From the sequence record SRR31156797_4835: DNA of 42,479 nucleotides. One strand, written 5' to 3'. A program made the translations under genes and the position numbers. Positions within the stretch are counted from its first letter, which is position 1; every line of letters starts with the position of its first letter. The notes below the pieces were generated by a model that was given only the letters and a program-made list of their open reading frames with translations, did no database searches and had not been told where the DNA came from. This document shows positions 19,008-28,944 of the stretch, piece by piece.

Positions 19008-19300
19008 TTAATCTTTTTCGAAAGGGTCATTTTCCCGTTTGCTAAACCCAAATACATCAATGGAATTCTCTTTTTCGTTTATTTTGAATACAAAAATATA
19101 TCCCTTGAATACCAGATCCCTTATGTCCCTACGATCGAAAAAAATGGATTGACGAAAACGAAAAGGCATTTTGGGAATTTTATGAATTCTGGATAGTAAT
19201 TCTTTTTTGAATTTTTGGCTGCTGAGGGGTTATCATTGGCTATATAATTTATTTGCCTGTCTAGCTTTCTGGAAAATTCATCAGTAAATCTAATTTTCAT
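19008..19300 (-). pseudogene. ParE/RelE-family toxin with a 1-nt frameshift (or programmed -1 frameshift)
   Basis: Not in the ORF track. Frame 0: MKIRFTDEFSRKLDRQINYIANDNPSAAK..., stopping after about 59 codons. -1 frame: KKELLSRIHKIPKMPFRFRQSIFFDRRDIRDLVFKGYIFVFKINEKENSIDVFGFSK... to TAA at 19008. The ATG overlaps the end of the upstream small gene. Confidence 0.8.
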
Positions 19301-19523
19301 TTTTCCGAACTGTGCTTTCCAATTTTTCGTCTAATTCATCCATTGAAAGAAACTCACGTTTATCACTTTCCATTTCGATGAGTTCTTTTTGCAAATATTC
19401 CTGTACAGCTATAAACTGATCGTTTTCACTGATTATCTGGATTTCATTTTCATCAAAACGGCTTAGAAACCACAACAGGTTTTTAAGTATGTCATGGTTT
19501 ACCTTTAATCTTAGTGTTTGCAT
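19290..19523 (-). CDS. Putative antitoxin of the ParE/RelE module
   Basis: 77 aa, acidic C-terminus (FLSMDELDEKLE), overlaps the toxin start by 11 nt. Confidence 0.7.
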   Translation of the reverse strand: MQTLRLKVNHDILKNLLWFLSRFDENEIQIISENDQFIAVQEYLQKELIEMESDKREFLSMDELDEKLESTVRKNEN

Positions 19524-19604
19524 AATTCAAATTTTCAATAAATTTAGTTATTTCATTAACTAAATTCCAGCATGTTTATGTTAGGCTTTATTTGAAAATA
19601 TCTT

Positions 19605-19805
19605 CTATTCTTCTTCCAGCTCTTTTAAAATCTGATCTACGCTTGCCTCGGTTTGTGTGAGCTTGGTTTTACAGATTTTGATGAGTTGGGCAGCGCGTTT
19701 TACTTTTTCCGAAAGCTCATCAACGGAGATCTCACCCTCTTCGATGTCGGTAACAATTTGTTGAAGCTCCTCAAACGCCTCCTGATATTTTATTTTTTCA
19801 CTCAT
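19605..19805 (-). CDS. xseB: Exodeoxyribonuclease VII small subunit
   Basis: YQEAFEELQQIVTDIEEGEISVDELSEKVKRAAQLIKICKTKL; coupled to xseA. Confidence 0.95.
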   Translation of the reverse strand: MSEKIKYQEAFEELQQIVTDIEEGEISVDELSEKVKRAAQLIKICKTKLTQTEASVDQILKELEEE

Positions 19806-21199
19806 GATTTCGGTTTTTTATTTTTTACAATACTATTGATTTTTCCGTCATAGACGATGGTTTCGATTTTTTCATCTTCGCCAACCTGATCAACGGAGGT
19901 AATGGCTTTTCCATTTTTCATAGTAATGCTATACCCGCGCTTTAAAACATTTTCGGGGTGAAGCGCTTGAACTGTCCTTTCCAGGCTAATCAGTCCGGTG
20001 GCTTTCTTTTCCAGTTCAACTTTAATTTTTGATGGCAATTTCTCACCAATTGAATTAACCTCCAGCTGGTTATTTTGAATACAGAAACGACTCTGCCTTC
20101 CGGTTTGCATGGCGAGATGATCCAGAACTTTTCGTTCGTTTCTGAAAATGTAAACTGCACTTTGTCCGAGCGACTTCCCGGTGCTATTCACCTGCTGTTT
20201 TCCTTTTGCAAGGATGTTTTTGGTTACCGATCGAAATAATTTGGATTCGGATTGCAGCTTTGTTTTTTCATCCGAAATATTTTGTAACGTTTTATCGGTT
20301 ATGATTTCGTGCGCTCTGCGCACCGGCTCCGAGAAATTATGAAAATACTGGATCAGGAGTTCGGCAACCTTTGTGGGGGTAATGCCGTTTTCAAAGCCCG
20401 CCATTTCGGCAACCGTTTCGTTGGTGGCATGGCCAATGCCTGTAATCACCGGAAGGGGAAATTCGGCGATGGCCTTTGCCATTTCGTAATGATTATAGCA
20501 CGAAAGCCCAACATCGCCGCCACCACCGCGAATGATCAATACTACATCAAAATGATGTTTCACTTTTTTGATGCGTTCCAACTGTCCGATGATGCCCTCC
20601 ACGGCTTTTTCGCCCTGCAAAATAGAAGGGAAAAGCATGTGAAAAAAGCGGTAACCCCAGGAATTGTTTTCGATAACCCTGAGGAAATCTGCGTAGCCCT
20701 TGCTGGTTTCAACGGAGATGATGGCAACTTTCTGGGGGAGAAGGGGGAAGGGTAATCTTCTGTTTCTGTCGTAGAGTTGCTCCTCGTGCAACCTTTGGAT
20801 GGTCTCCTGCTTTTCCTTTTCAAGATCGCCCAAGGTAAATGAAGGATCAATGTCAAGGATATTTAAGGAAAGCCCGTAAACCGGGTCAAAAGTGATTTTG
20901 GCCTGAAAAAGAATTTTGATGCCATCTTTCAACGGCTCTTTCAGGATTTTTAGAAAGTTGTTATTAATCCTCAAATAATCGAACTTCCAAAGGTTGGCCC
21001 TGATTTGTGCAATGACTTTCCCGTCTTTTTTCTCCACCAGGTCGGGGTAGCAGTGGCCTGAGTGTTTGTAATAATTGAGTTTATTCATTTCGGCCTTTAC
21101 CCAAAAAGAACTGGTATAGCGCTTAGCCAGGGTTTGCCGTATGCTTTGACTTACCTGAAGCAGCGTAAAGACTTGTTTATTTGTAGTGATTTCTGACAC
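19802..21199 (-). CDS. xseA: Exodeoxyribonuclease VII large subunit
   Basis: OB-fold N-terminus (SGHCYPDL), IIRGGG, PVITGIGH, TPT, PENVLKRGYS; GTG start. Confidence 0.96.
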   Translation of the reverse strand: MSEITTNKQVFTLLQVSQSIRQTLAKRYTSSFWVKAEMNKLNYYKHSGHCYPDLVEKKDGKVIAQIRANLWKFDYLRINNNFLKILKEPLKDGIKILFQAKITFDPVYGLSLNILDIDPSFTLGDLEKEKQETIQRLHEEQLYDRNRRLPFPLLPQKVAIISVETSKGYADFLRVIENNSWGYRFFHMLFPSILQGEKAVEGIIGQLERIKKVKHHFDVVLIIRGGGGDVGLSCYNHYEMAKAIAEFPLPVITGIGHATNETVAEMAGFENGITPTKVAELLIQYFHNFSEPVRRAHEIITDKTLQNISDEKTKLQSESKLFRSVTKNILAKGKQQVNSTGKSLGQSAVYIFRNERKVLDHLAMQTGRQSRFCIQNNQLEVNSIGEKLPSKIKVELEKKATGLISLERTVQALHPENVLKRGYSITMKNGKAITSVDQVGEDEKIETIVYDGKINSIVKNKKPKS

Positions 21200-21246
21200 G
21201 GTTTAGACTTAAAAAAATGGATTTGCCCTTCTTAATATCCAAGGTT

Positions 21247-21684
21247 CTATTCCTGGGCCTGTTTTGCAAGTAGGTCAAGGTTTTTTCTTTGGATGCTTTT
21301 TAAAGTTCTGTTGTATTCCATAAGGTCTGACAACCTCACCCTCCTATGGCTTCCTGTTTTTGTGAAAGGAATCTCCCCTTCTTCGAGTAGTTTCACAAAA
21401 TAAGGCCTGGAGACATTTAAAATATCTGCGGCTTGCTGTGTAGTAAGTTCCGAATCTCGGGGCAATAAGTGAACGGATTTACCCAGAGCCATTTGCTCAA
21501 TAATTTCTATAAAAAGTATATATGCTTTTTTGGGTACCTGAATTGTTTCTCCTGAACCTTTAATAGTAATTTCGATATTCTCAGGTGAGATACTCTTATC
21601 GGCGATTGCTTTTTTGAGATAAGGAACACATGCTTCTGCAACTTGCTGATCCTTTTGTGTTGTACGTTTATAAATCGTTTTCAT
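21247..21684 (-). CDS. Excisionase-like HTH (HTH_17) DNA-binding protein of the type usually paired with PIN toxins; C-terminus shortened by a premature stop
   Basis: ELTTQQAADILNVSRPYFVKLLEEGEIPFTKTGSHRRVRLSDL; ends AQE-TAG-NLGY-TAA. Start placed at ATG 21684 because a TATCTTTG promoter lies at 21710-21703. Confidence 0.8.
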   Translation of the reverse strand: MKTIYKRTTQKDQQVAEACVPYLKKAIADKSISPENIEITIKGSGETIQVPKKAYILFIEIIEQMALGKSVHLLPRDSELTTQQAADILNVSRPYFVKLLEEGEIPFTKTGSHRRVRLSDLMEYNRTLKSIQRKNLDLLAKQAQE

Positions 21685-21702
21685 ACCTGTTACAGATTTC
21701 TG

Positions 21703-21733
21703 CAAAGATAATAAACGAAATAAACGAAACGAA
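21703..21733 (-). promoter_or_regulatory. -7 promoter element with adjacent direct repeats (probable autoregulatory operator)
   Basis: TATCTTTG (minus strand) abutting ataaacgaa-ataaacgaa-acgaa (plus strand 21711-21733). Confidence 0.55.
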
Positions 21734-21744
21734 ATTAAAAGATG

Positions 21745-22701
21745 TTAATCCTCAAAATCAGCTATTCCCTGCCTTTTTCTGTTCACGATAAGTTTTGTAA
21801 CATCCGGCCTGGAGTAGTGTCCTGAAGGATCGAAATTCTGACGCTCCTCATAAACCTTATTCAGGTCAAGGGTGGCTGTAATGAGTTTTTCTTCGTTGGT
21901 GAATGGCTCCACCAACCAGCTGCCATCAGGTGCTGCAACACATGATCCTCCATCGGTAAGAAAATCAGGGGCGTTTTCCAAAAGCTCATCAAGATAAGGG
22001 GTGTCTCTTGGGAAATCGCTTTTTCGCATCAATGCAGAAACCGAAACCACATATGAGCGTGCTTCTTTGGCGATGAATCGGGTAATGTCTTCGGTATTGC
22101 GTATAGAGCCGGGCCAAACAGCCACCCGCACATTTTCGCCCTGGGCATAAATGGACGCGCGCGTCAGAGGCATCCAGTTTTCCCAGCAATTTAATCCGCC
22201 AACTGTGAAACCCTTTAGAGGATGCACCCGCAATCCATTTCCATCTCCCGGCGACCATGCCAGGCGTTCATCATAGGTGGGCTGTAGTTTACGGTGTACC
22301 GAACAAATCTCGCCAAGCTGATTAATATATGCAAGCGAGCAATACAGGCTATGTCCGCCCCTGTTTTTGGCACGTTCTATAAAACCAAGATAAACAGCAA
22401 TTTTCCGTTGTTTAGCCAGGTTGCAAACTTCATCCAGTTCACCACTTTCGGGTTGAATGGCATTTTGCATGTAATGCGCATGCAGCTCTTTTTGCATGGG
22501 CGAATCGAAATCCGTGCCTTTGGTCAATCCCAACCAAAACGGATATCCGGGAAGCAAGGCTTCTCCAAAAGCCACTATATCGCAAGTGAGATCTGCGGCA
22601 CCAGCAATGCTGGTTTTTATTTTTTCGAGGGTCCGCTGTTTGTTCAGCCAAACCGGCGAGATTTGCGCGAGCCCTACGCTGAGATGTTGATCGTTTGCCA
22701 T
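21745..22701 (-). CDS. Nitrilase-class carbon-nitrogen hydrolase
   Basis: Catalytic triad contexts FGEALLPGYP, HRKLQPT, LNCWENWMP; C-terminal DPSGHYSRPD. Confidence 0.92.
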   Translation of the reverse strand: MANDQHLSVGLAQISPVWLNKQRTLEKIKTSIAGAADLTCDIVAFGEALLPGYPFWLGLTKGTDFDSPMQKELHAHYMQNAIQPESGELDEVCNLAKQRKIAVYLGFIERAKNRGGHSLYCSLAYINQLGEICSVHRKLQPTYDERLAWSPGDGNGLRVHPLKGFTVGGLNCWENWMPLTRASIYAQGENVRVAVWPGSIRNTEDITRFIAKEARSYVVSVSALMRKSDFPRDTPYLDELLENAPDFLTDGGSCVAAPDGSWLVEPFTNEEKLITATLDLNKVYEERQNFDPSGHYSRPDVTKLIVNRKRQGIADFED

Positions 22702-22779
22702 GAGAAAACGGATTAAATTTTGATTCCCAAAACTAAGTAAATAACCATTTAGAACTAAAAATGGATTTCATTGGTTAGA

Positions 22780-23517
22780 TTAATCCTGTAGTAAAACGGA
22801 TTTTATACTTTCCTCAACTTTGCTGATTATTTCATCATGAGAAAGGCCTGCCCTTTCGATGGGCTTGAGCGCATAATAACGGAGGTGTTTACCGACACAT
22901 AACGGGAAATAACCTTTTTTGTGCAGTTTGGAATTATCGCGAATCACAAAAGGAACCACAACTGCAGAGGGCATAGCATCAAGGAGGGTTTTTATTCCTC
23001 CTGGTTTGAATGATTTAAGCTTGCCGGATTTATGGCGAGTGCCTTCAGGGAAAATACAAACCGAGTAATTATTTTGCTCGGCCCTTTTGCCAAGATTCGA
23101 AATTTCGGCCAACGACTGCACTCTGTCTTTTCGGTCGATCAATGCAGCACCGCTTTTTCTGAGGTTATACGAGATGCTTGGGAACCATTTCCCCAACGAC
23201 TTTTTGGAAATAAATTTCAGATTTTGTCTGCGGAAACTCCACACAATGGGTGGTGCATCGAACATACTCTGATGATTGGAGATTATGATCATCGACCGCT
23301 TTTTAGGGAGTTTTTTTGTGCCATAAAATGACGGTCTTGAAAGCAAAGAATAAAAGTTAAGTACCAGGAAAAAATTGAGTGCCACCACCGATTTTCTGTG
23401 TCCTTCCGGACCAAATGCGTTATAAGCAACCACCTGAATGGGGTGAAAAATTGCCAACAGCAACCCGAAAAACAAGTAATGTATGGGGCTCAACAAATAA
23501 GCCAGTAATGTTTTCAT
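22780..23517 (-). CDS. Lysophospholipid (1-acyl-sn-glycerol-3-phosphate) acyltransferase family protein
   Basis: NHQSMFD (HX4D), IDR, IFPEGTR. Confidence 0.9.
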   Translation of the reverse strand: MKTLLAYLLSPIHYLFFGLLLAIFHPIQVVAYNAFGPEGHRKSVVALNFFLVLNFYSLLSRPSFYGTKKLPKKRSMIIISNHQSMFDAPPIVWSFRRQNLKFISKKSLGKWFPSISYNLRKSGAALIDRKDRVQSLAEISNLGKRAEQNNYSVCIFPEGTRHKSGKLKSFKPGGIKTLLDAMPSAVVVPFVIRDNSKLHKKGYFPLCVGKHLRYYALKPIERAGLSHDEIISKVEESIKSVLLQD

Positions 23518-23576
23518 ATAAGGATGTTATTGAAATGGATTTACTGCTGCCGGAAACCCGTTGGTGATTTTGAATG

Positions 23577-24533
23577 CTAAAATACCTTATCTGCAATCTG
23601 ACGGATATTGTCGGAGATACCGATGGTGAAATAGTGTAATGCCGGAACGCCGTGTTTCTTCAATTCCAACGATTGATTCACTGTCCATTCAATACCCAGT
23701 TCAAAAGCCTGTTGGTCGTTTTTGCATTTTCGCAACTCTTTTGCAAGCTCTTCCGGAATATCGATGTGAAAAACCAGCGGTAACGAGCGCATGTCATTCA
23801 GGCGGGCGATGGGTTTTAACCCTGGAATAATTGGTACGGTAATTCCTGCCTCACGGCATTTATCCACAAAATTGAAGAATTTCCTGTTATCAAAAAACAT
23901 TTGTGTAACGATATAATCGGCACCGGCATCCACTTTTTGTTTTAGATATTGCATGTCAACATCCATGTTTGCCGCTTCAAAATGTTTTTCAGGATATCCG
24001 GCAACCCCAACTGAAAAATCGGTAGCAGTCGTGTTTTGTAGTTCCTCATCCTGGTATTTGCCATTATTCAGATCGATGATTTGTTTCACCAGGTCTTCTG
24101 CATAAGCATGCCCATCAGGATCAGGCCTGAAAAACCGTTGAGTTTTTGGAGGATCGCCCCTTAGAACAAGCAGGTTTTTGACGCCTAAAAAGTGCAGATC
24201 GATCAAAGCATATTCGGTTTCTGATTTTGTAAAACCACCACAAATCAGGTGTGGTACAACCTCCAGCTTGGGGTATTTGCATTTGATAGCTGCTGAAATG
24301 GCCACAGTTCCCGGGCGCTTGCGAATGGTTTTCTTCTGTAGCAACCCATTATCCAGTTTTTTATAAACAACCTCCTGCTGGTGGTAGGTGATGTTTACAT
24401 TTACCGGCTCATAAGGTATTAATGGATCAATTACCTCATAAACCGAATCGATGTTCCCCCCTTTCATCGGGGGAAGTAACTCGAACGAAAAAAGTGGTTT
24501 ATCTGTATTTTTAAGCCTGTCGATGATCTTCAT
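23577..24533 (-). CDS. metF: Methylenetetrahydrofolate reductase
   Basis: FSFELLPP, VPHLICGG, LRGDPP, GVAGYPEKH, KVDAGADYIVTQMFFD, ALHYFT; TAATTTTG -7 element at 24581-24574. Confidence 0.95.
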   Translation of the reverse strand: MKIIDRLKNTDKPLFSFELLPPMKGGNIDSVYEVIDPLIPYEPVNVNITYHQQEVVYKKLDNGLLQKKTIRKRPGTVAISAAIKCKYPKLEVVPHLICGGFTKSETEYALIDLHFLGVKNLLVLRGDPPKTQRFFRPDPDGHAYAEDLVKQIIDLNNGKYQDEELQNTTATDFSVGVAGYPEKHFEAANMDVDMQYLKQKVDAGADYIVTQMFFDNRKFFNFVDKCREAGITVPIIPGLKPIARLNDMRSLPLVFHIDIPEELAKELRKCKNDQQAFELGIEWTVNQSLELKKHGVPALHYFTIGISDNIRQIADKVF

Positions 24534-24639
24534 GTGCGATAATTAAAGTACTTGATTTACTTTGCAAAAGCCGCAAAATTAGAATTTTTCGGGTTAGGAG
24601 TTAACCCATTTAAAACAGTTTGGTTCGCCGGCGGCCGGT

Positions 24640-26703
24640 TTATTCTTCAGTTTGTTTTTGTGCAACCGGGAGTTTCATGCGCATCAAAGTGCCTTTCCCT
24701 TCCTCTGAATCAATCTCTATTATCCCACCCATTTCTTTAGCTATACCCAATGAAATGGATAATCCCAGCCCGGTTCCCTTGCCAATATCCTTGGTAGTAA
24801 AGAAGGGTAGAAAAATTCGTGTTTTTATCGAATCAGGAACACCTGTGCCATTGTCCTGAACTTCAACATTGATGTAATTATCTTTCACATAACTTCTGAC
24901 GATCATTTTTTTACTGAATTCCTTCTCCGCTTTTGCAGCTTTTTCTTCGATAGCATCTTTGGCGTTGTTGAAGAAATTTACCACTACCTGCTCAAATTTA
25001 TATGGATTTCCCTGGAAATCGGGGATGGACTTGTCAAGTTCAAACTTCACGTCTATCCTGCGGTTCGAAAACCTTGTCCTGGCCAGTGAAAAAGCATTCT
25101 CGATACGTGTGTTGATGTTAAACCATTCGATGATATCCAATTGCTGACCCCGTGAAAAATTGCTGATTTCGTTAATGATAAATTTGATTCGCTTGATGCC
25201 CTCGGCAATATCTTTGGCAGAACTGGCAACAAAATTCCTGTCCACCTGTTCTTCTGTGATTTCCATCTGTAAGCCTTCATTGACCAGTGAAATGTTTTGT
25301 AGTGGTTGTTTGATCTCATGAGCTATTCCCGACGCCAGCTCGCCCAACGAGGTAAGGCTGGACTGGTGCACAATGATCTGCTGTTGTTCCTTTTCCTTAC
25401 GCAGGGCCTCGGCAATCTTAGTCTCCAACTCTTTATTCAGCTTCTTTTTGGTTCGGTACCTGTAATACACAACAAACGCCATGGAGAGCGCAACAATAAT
25501 GACCAGCAACAAATAAAACTGGCTTGCCTTCAGCCGCTGGATCGATACGTTTTGTTCCAGGATTTCCTTTTCCTTTTTCTCAACTTCATACACAATCTGG
25601 AGGTTTCTGATTTGCTTTGACTTTTCAATATCCAGTAGTGAATCGCTGTATTTATTTTTAAGTTTAAAGTACTTCAATGAATTTTCGAACTCCTTGCGGG
25701 CCTCATACCAGGTAGCAAGACCATCATAAGCATCACTCATCAATTTTAATGACTCCAGCTCTTTTGCAATTGTGAGCGCCTGATTTAGCGACAGAAAACT
25801 TTCGTGGTAATTTTCGAGCATCTTGTTTGCGTGGCCCAGGTTAACGAGTGCAACTACCACATTTTGGCGGTTTTTTATTTGCCTGAAAAGATCGAGGCTT
25901 TGCTGGAAATATACAATTGCAGTATCATATTGCTTTTTTGTATTGTATATCACACCCAGGTTTAAATAAATGTTGCCCACATTTTCCTGATCTTCGAGTT
26001 TCTTTTTGATGGGTAGGGCCTGGTTAAAGTAATTAATGGCATCTTTATTTTTCTCGAGTTCCATGCTGGCCACTCCTAAATTGATATATGATGTAGCCAT
26101 AAAATTGGTGTCGTTAAGTTGTTGAGCAATTTTCAGGGCTTCGAGATAATACCTGTAGGCGTTTTCATTTTCACCCATGTTATTGTAAATGTTACCAATA
26201 TTCAGGTTGGAATTTGCCGTACCATACAAATCACCGGTTCGTTCGTTTATTTTTAGCTGCTGCAGATGATTTTCAAGTGCAAGGTTGTAATATCCCATCC
26301 TGTTGAACATTACACCAAGATTATTATAACTGGCAGCAACCTTATCGTCATTACCTGCCTCGATATTTGCTTTTAGCGCAATATTGAAATACTCCACTGC
26401 CTGAGCAAATTCGCTTTGACGGTAATATAGTATCCCCACATGTCGCCCGGTCCTGGCTATCAGGTTAATATCCGACTGGTTGGTGGAAATTTCAAGTGCT
26501 TGCTTTCCATAATCCATCGCAGCTTCCTTATCCTCAATAAAAAGGCTGCTCGACAGGCTCATCATTGTTTCGACCTTTGCTTCAATGCTCGAAAATTTGT
26601 CTTTCTCTACGAGCAACTTCAGGCTGTCAACGTCATTGCTCCCTGTAACCAAAAGTGGGAACATCCAAAGGAAAAAAATGAATGATTTGTAAAGTATTGA
26701 CAT
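24640..26703 (-). CDS. TPR-repeat sensor histidine kinase
   Basis: Signal peptide, multiple TPRs (ASYNNLG, NLNIG, YINLG), TM helix, H-box IAHEIKQPL, N-box NAKDA, DNGTG, GKGTGLGL. No adjacent response regulator. Confidence 0.92.
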   Translation of the reverse strand: MSILYKSFIFFLWMFPLLVTGSNDVDSLKLLVEKDKFSSIEAKVETMMSLSSSLFIEDKEAAMDYGKQALEISTNQSDINLIARTGRHVGILYYRQSEFAQAVEYFNIALKANIEAGNDDKVAASYNNLGVMFNRMGYYNLALENHLQQLKINERTGDLYGTANSNLNIGNIYNNMGENENAYRYYLEALKIAQQLNDTNFMATSYINLGVASMELEKNKDAINYFNQALPIKKKLEDQENVGNIYLNLGVIYNTKKQYDTAIVYFQQSLDLFRQIKNRQNVVVALVNLGHANKMLENYHESFLSLNQALTIAKELESLKLMSDAYDGLATWYEARKEFENSLKYFKLKNKYSDSLLDIEKSKQIRNLQIVYEVEKKEKEILEQNVSIQRLKASQFYLLLVIIVALSMAFVVYYRYRTKKKLNKELETKIAEALRKEKEQQQIIVHQSSLTSLGELASGIAHEIKQPLQNISLVNEGLQMEITEEQVDRNFVASSAKDIAEGIKRIKFIINEISNFSRGQQLDIIEWFNINTRIENAFSLARTRFSNRRIDVKFELDKSIPDFQGNPYKFEQVVVNFFNNAKDAIEEKAAKAEKEFSKKMIVRSYVKDNYINVEVQDNGTGVPDSIKTRIFLPFFTTKDIGKGTGLGLSISLGIAKEMGGIIEIDSEEGKGTLMRMKLPVAQKQTEE

Positions 26704-27036
26704 AAGGCTGATTATCGGTGTAATGCTGATAAGCTGAATTATTACAAAAATACAAATTCCTGAATGATGATGCCAGCAAAGCGTTTTGGAAAATAAAAAT
26801 CATTTGTTATCAAAACTCCAGTGCTCACAATGAAAACAAAAGTGTGGCTAACCAAGCCCTTTCCAAAGGAATGCCCCCGGAATAGTTACCAGCAAAAAAA
26901 TACAGGATTTTTGAATAATTATTTTACACAGCGTGACTGAAACATTTTTCCCGGTATGTTTTCCACATGACCTGCCAGTTAGCAGAAATTTCATGTATTT
27001 TTGTAAAAATATCTACATTACAAAATTGAAATTATC

Positions 27037-27483
27037 ATGGCAGGAGTAAATAAAGTTATTCTGGTTGGAAACCTGGGAAAAGACCCGGATGTAATGACAC
27101 TGGACAATGGGGTAAGGTTTGCCAACGTAAGACTTGCTACCAACGAAAGTTATAAAGACAAAGAAGGAAACTGGGTTGAACAAACCGAATGGCACAGTGT
27201 GGTTTTGTGGCGTTGGCTTGCTGAAAAAAACCTGATTAAAGGCGATACCGTTTATGTTGAAGGTAAGCTTAAAACGCGTTCTTGGGATGATAAAGACGGC
27301 AATAAAAGATACACAACAGAAGTTGTGGCCGATAAGCTGATCAAGATCTCAAGAAGCGGTGAGGGTGGGTTTGGAGCACCTCCTCCGCCACCAGTTCCGG
27401 AAAACTTCCCGGAAAAATCAAACGAAGGAGAAAATGCTGGTGAAGGTGGAGAGGGCGCGCCCAGCGATGACCTTCCTTTCTGA
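27037..27483 (+). CDS. ssb: Single-stranded DNA-binding protein
   Basis: VNKVILVGNLGKDP, TEWH, VEGKLKTRSW, acidic tail DDLPF; TATTTTTG at 26996-27003. Confidence 0.97.
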   Translation: MAGVNKVILVGNLGKDPDVMTLDNGVRFANVRLATNESYKDKEGNWVEQTEWHSVVLWRWLAEKNLIKGDTVYVEGKLKTRSWDDKDGNKRYTTEVVADKLIKISRSGEGGFGAPPPPPVPENFPEKSNEGENAGEGGEGAPSDDLPF

Positions 27484-27595
27484 TTACATGGCCATTAGCA
27501 AACCAAATATTTTTTGATTAAAGACACAACCGTCATCAAAAAAATTATTTTTGCAGCCGTTTTGCCTGATATTGTTGAACTAATTTCAAAACATT

Positions 27596-28936
27596 TTGGA
27601 AGAAACCGAAATAGGCGCTGATTCATATGAGTTGTTTGTCATTGCAGAAGCATTATTCCAACCTGTAAATTATCCGGAAATTATTGGCTTTATTGCCATG
27701 CTGCTATTGCTGCTGTTTTCGGCACTGATATCCGGATCAGAGATCGCCTTTTTTTCGCTCAATCAGGGAAGCCTTAAACAGTTGCAGGCCGATAAAAATC
27801 CCAAAAACGAGTTGATCAACGCTTTGCTGGAAAGGCCCAGACGATTACTTGCCACAATCTTAATAGCAAACAATTTTGTGAACATCGGCATTGTTATTTT
27901 GTCAACATTTATCGTTGCCAATGTCTTTAATCTCGAGGTTTACCCCTTGTTGTCTTTCCTGATCCAGGTTATTCTGGTAACCTCGTTATTGCTGATTTTT
28001 GGTGAAATTATGCCAAAGATCTATGCCTCAAACCGCCCAATCCAGTTCGCAACATTTATGGCCGGTGCACTAAATAACATGATCAAGGTTTTTTATCCGC
28101 TAAGCAGTTTGTTAGTGGCCAGTTCATCTTTTATCGATAATATGCTGCAAAAAAAATCATCGCAGCTCTCCATGAGCGAGCTTTCAGAAGCCATTGAATT
28201 GACCTCCGATGAAGAAACACAGGAAGATGAGCGCAAAATCCTGAAAGGTATCGTGAAATTTGGCGATATGTTTGTTAAGGAGATCATGAAAGCCCGGATT
28301 GATGTTACTGCCGTGGAGGTTAAAACCACTTATGACAAACTGCTGGAACTGATCCTCAATGCCGGTTATTCCCGGATTCCGGCTTACAATGATAATTTCG
28401 ATAAAATTTCCGGAATTCTTTACATTAAAGATCTTTTGCCACATCTGAAAAAACCTGCCAACTTCAACTGGCCTGCACTGCTTCGACCTGCTTTTTTCGT
28501 GCCTGAAAACAAAAAAATAAATGATCTGCTGCAGGAATTCCAGGAGAAAAAAATACACGTGGCCATCGTTGTGGATGAATACGGCGGTACATCCGGGATC
28601 GTTACGCTTGAAGATATAATTGAAGAGATCGTGGGAGAAATATCCGATGAATTTGATACCGAAGAAGATGAAATTGCCTTCACAAAAATCAATGATAAAA
28701 ACTACATCTTCGAAGGCAAAACCCTGCTCAATGATTTCTGCAAGATACTGGAGATTGACGATAGGGTTTTTGAAGATGTAAAGGGAGATTCGGAAACCCT
28801 TGCCGGACTGATCCTTGAAATTGAGGGCCGAATTCCTGTGGCTAATTCAAGCACTAAATTCCAGAACTTTGAGTTTAAGATCAAGAAAGTTTCAAATCGC
28901 AGGATTGAAGAAGTCCTGGTAACATTACTGGATTGA
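27596..28936 (+). CDS. gldE: Gliding motility-associated protein GldE (CNNM/DUF21-CBS-CorC)
   Basis: SGSEIAFFS, FGEIMPK, YSRIP, VVDEYGGTSGIVTLEDIIEEIVG; ssb-gldE-gldD synteny; TTG start. Confidence 0.88.
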   Translation: MEETEIGADSYELFVIAEALFQPVNYPEIIGFIAMLLLLLFSALISGSEIAFFSLNQGSLKQLQADKNPKNELINALLERPRRLLATILIANNFVNIGIVILSTFIVANVFNLEVYPLLSFLIQVILVTSLLLIFGEIMPKIYASNRPIQFATFMAGALNNMIKVFYPLSSLLVASSSFIDNMLQKKSSQLSMSELSEAIELTSDEETQEDERKILKGIVKFGDMFVKEIMKARIDVTAVEVKTTYDKLLELILNAGYSRIPAYNDNFDKISGILYIKDLLPHLKKPANFNWPALLRPAFFVPENKKINDLLQEFQEKKIHVAIVVDEYGGTSGIVTLEDIIEEIVGEISDEFDTEEDEIAFTKINDKNYIFEGKTLLNDFCKILEIDDRVFEDVKGDSETLAGLILEIEGRIPVANSSTKFQNFEFKIKKVSNRRIEEVLVTLLD

Positions 28937-28944
28937 TACACATT

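Noticed and set aside
21247-21684. Prophage or ICE excisionase
   Set aside because: No integrase, att-like duplication or phage genes nearby; the sequence fits the TA-associated HTH family better.
24534-24639. SAM riboswitch upstream of metF
   Set aside because: A -7 element lies only about 40 nt from the ATG, and I could not recognise SAM-I or SAM-II motifs.
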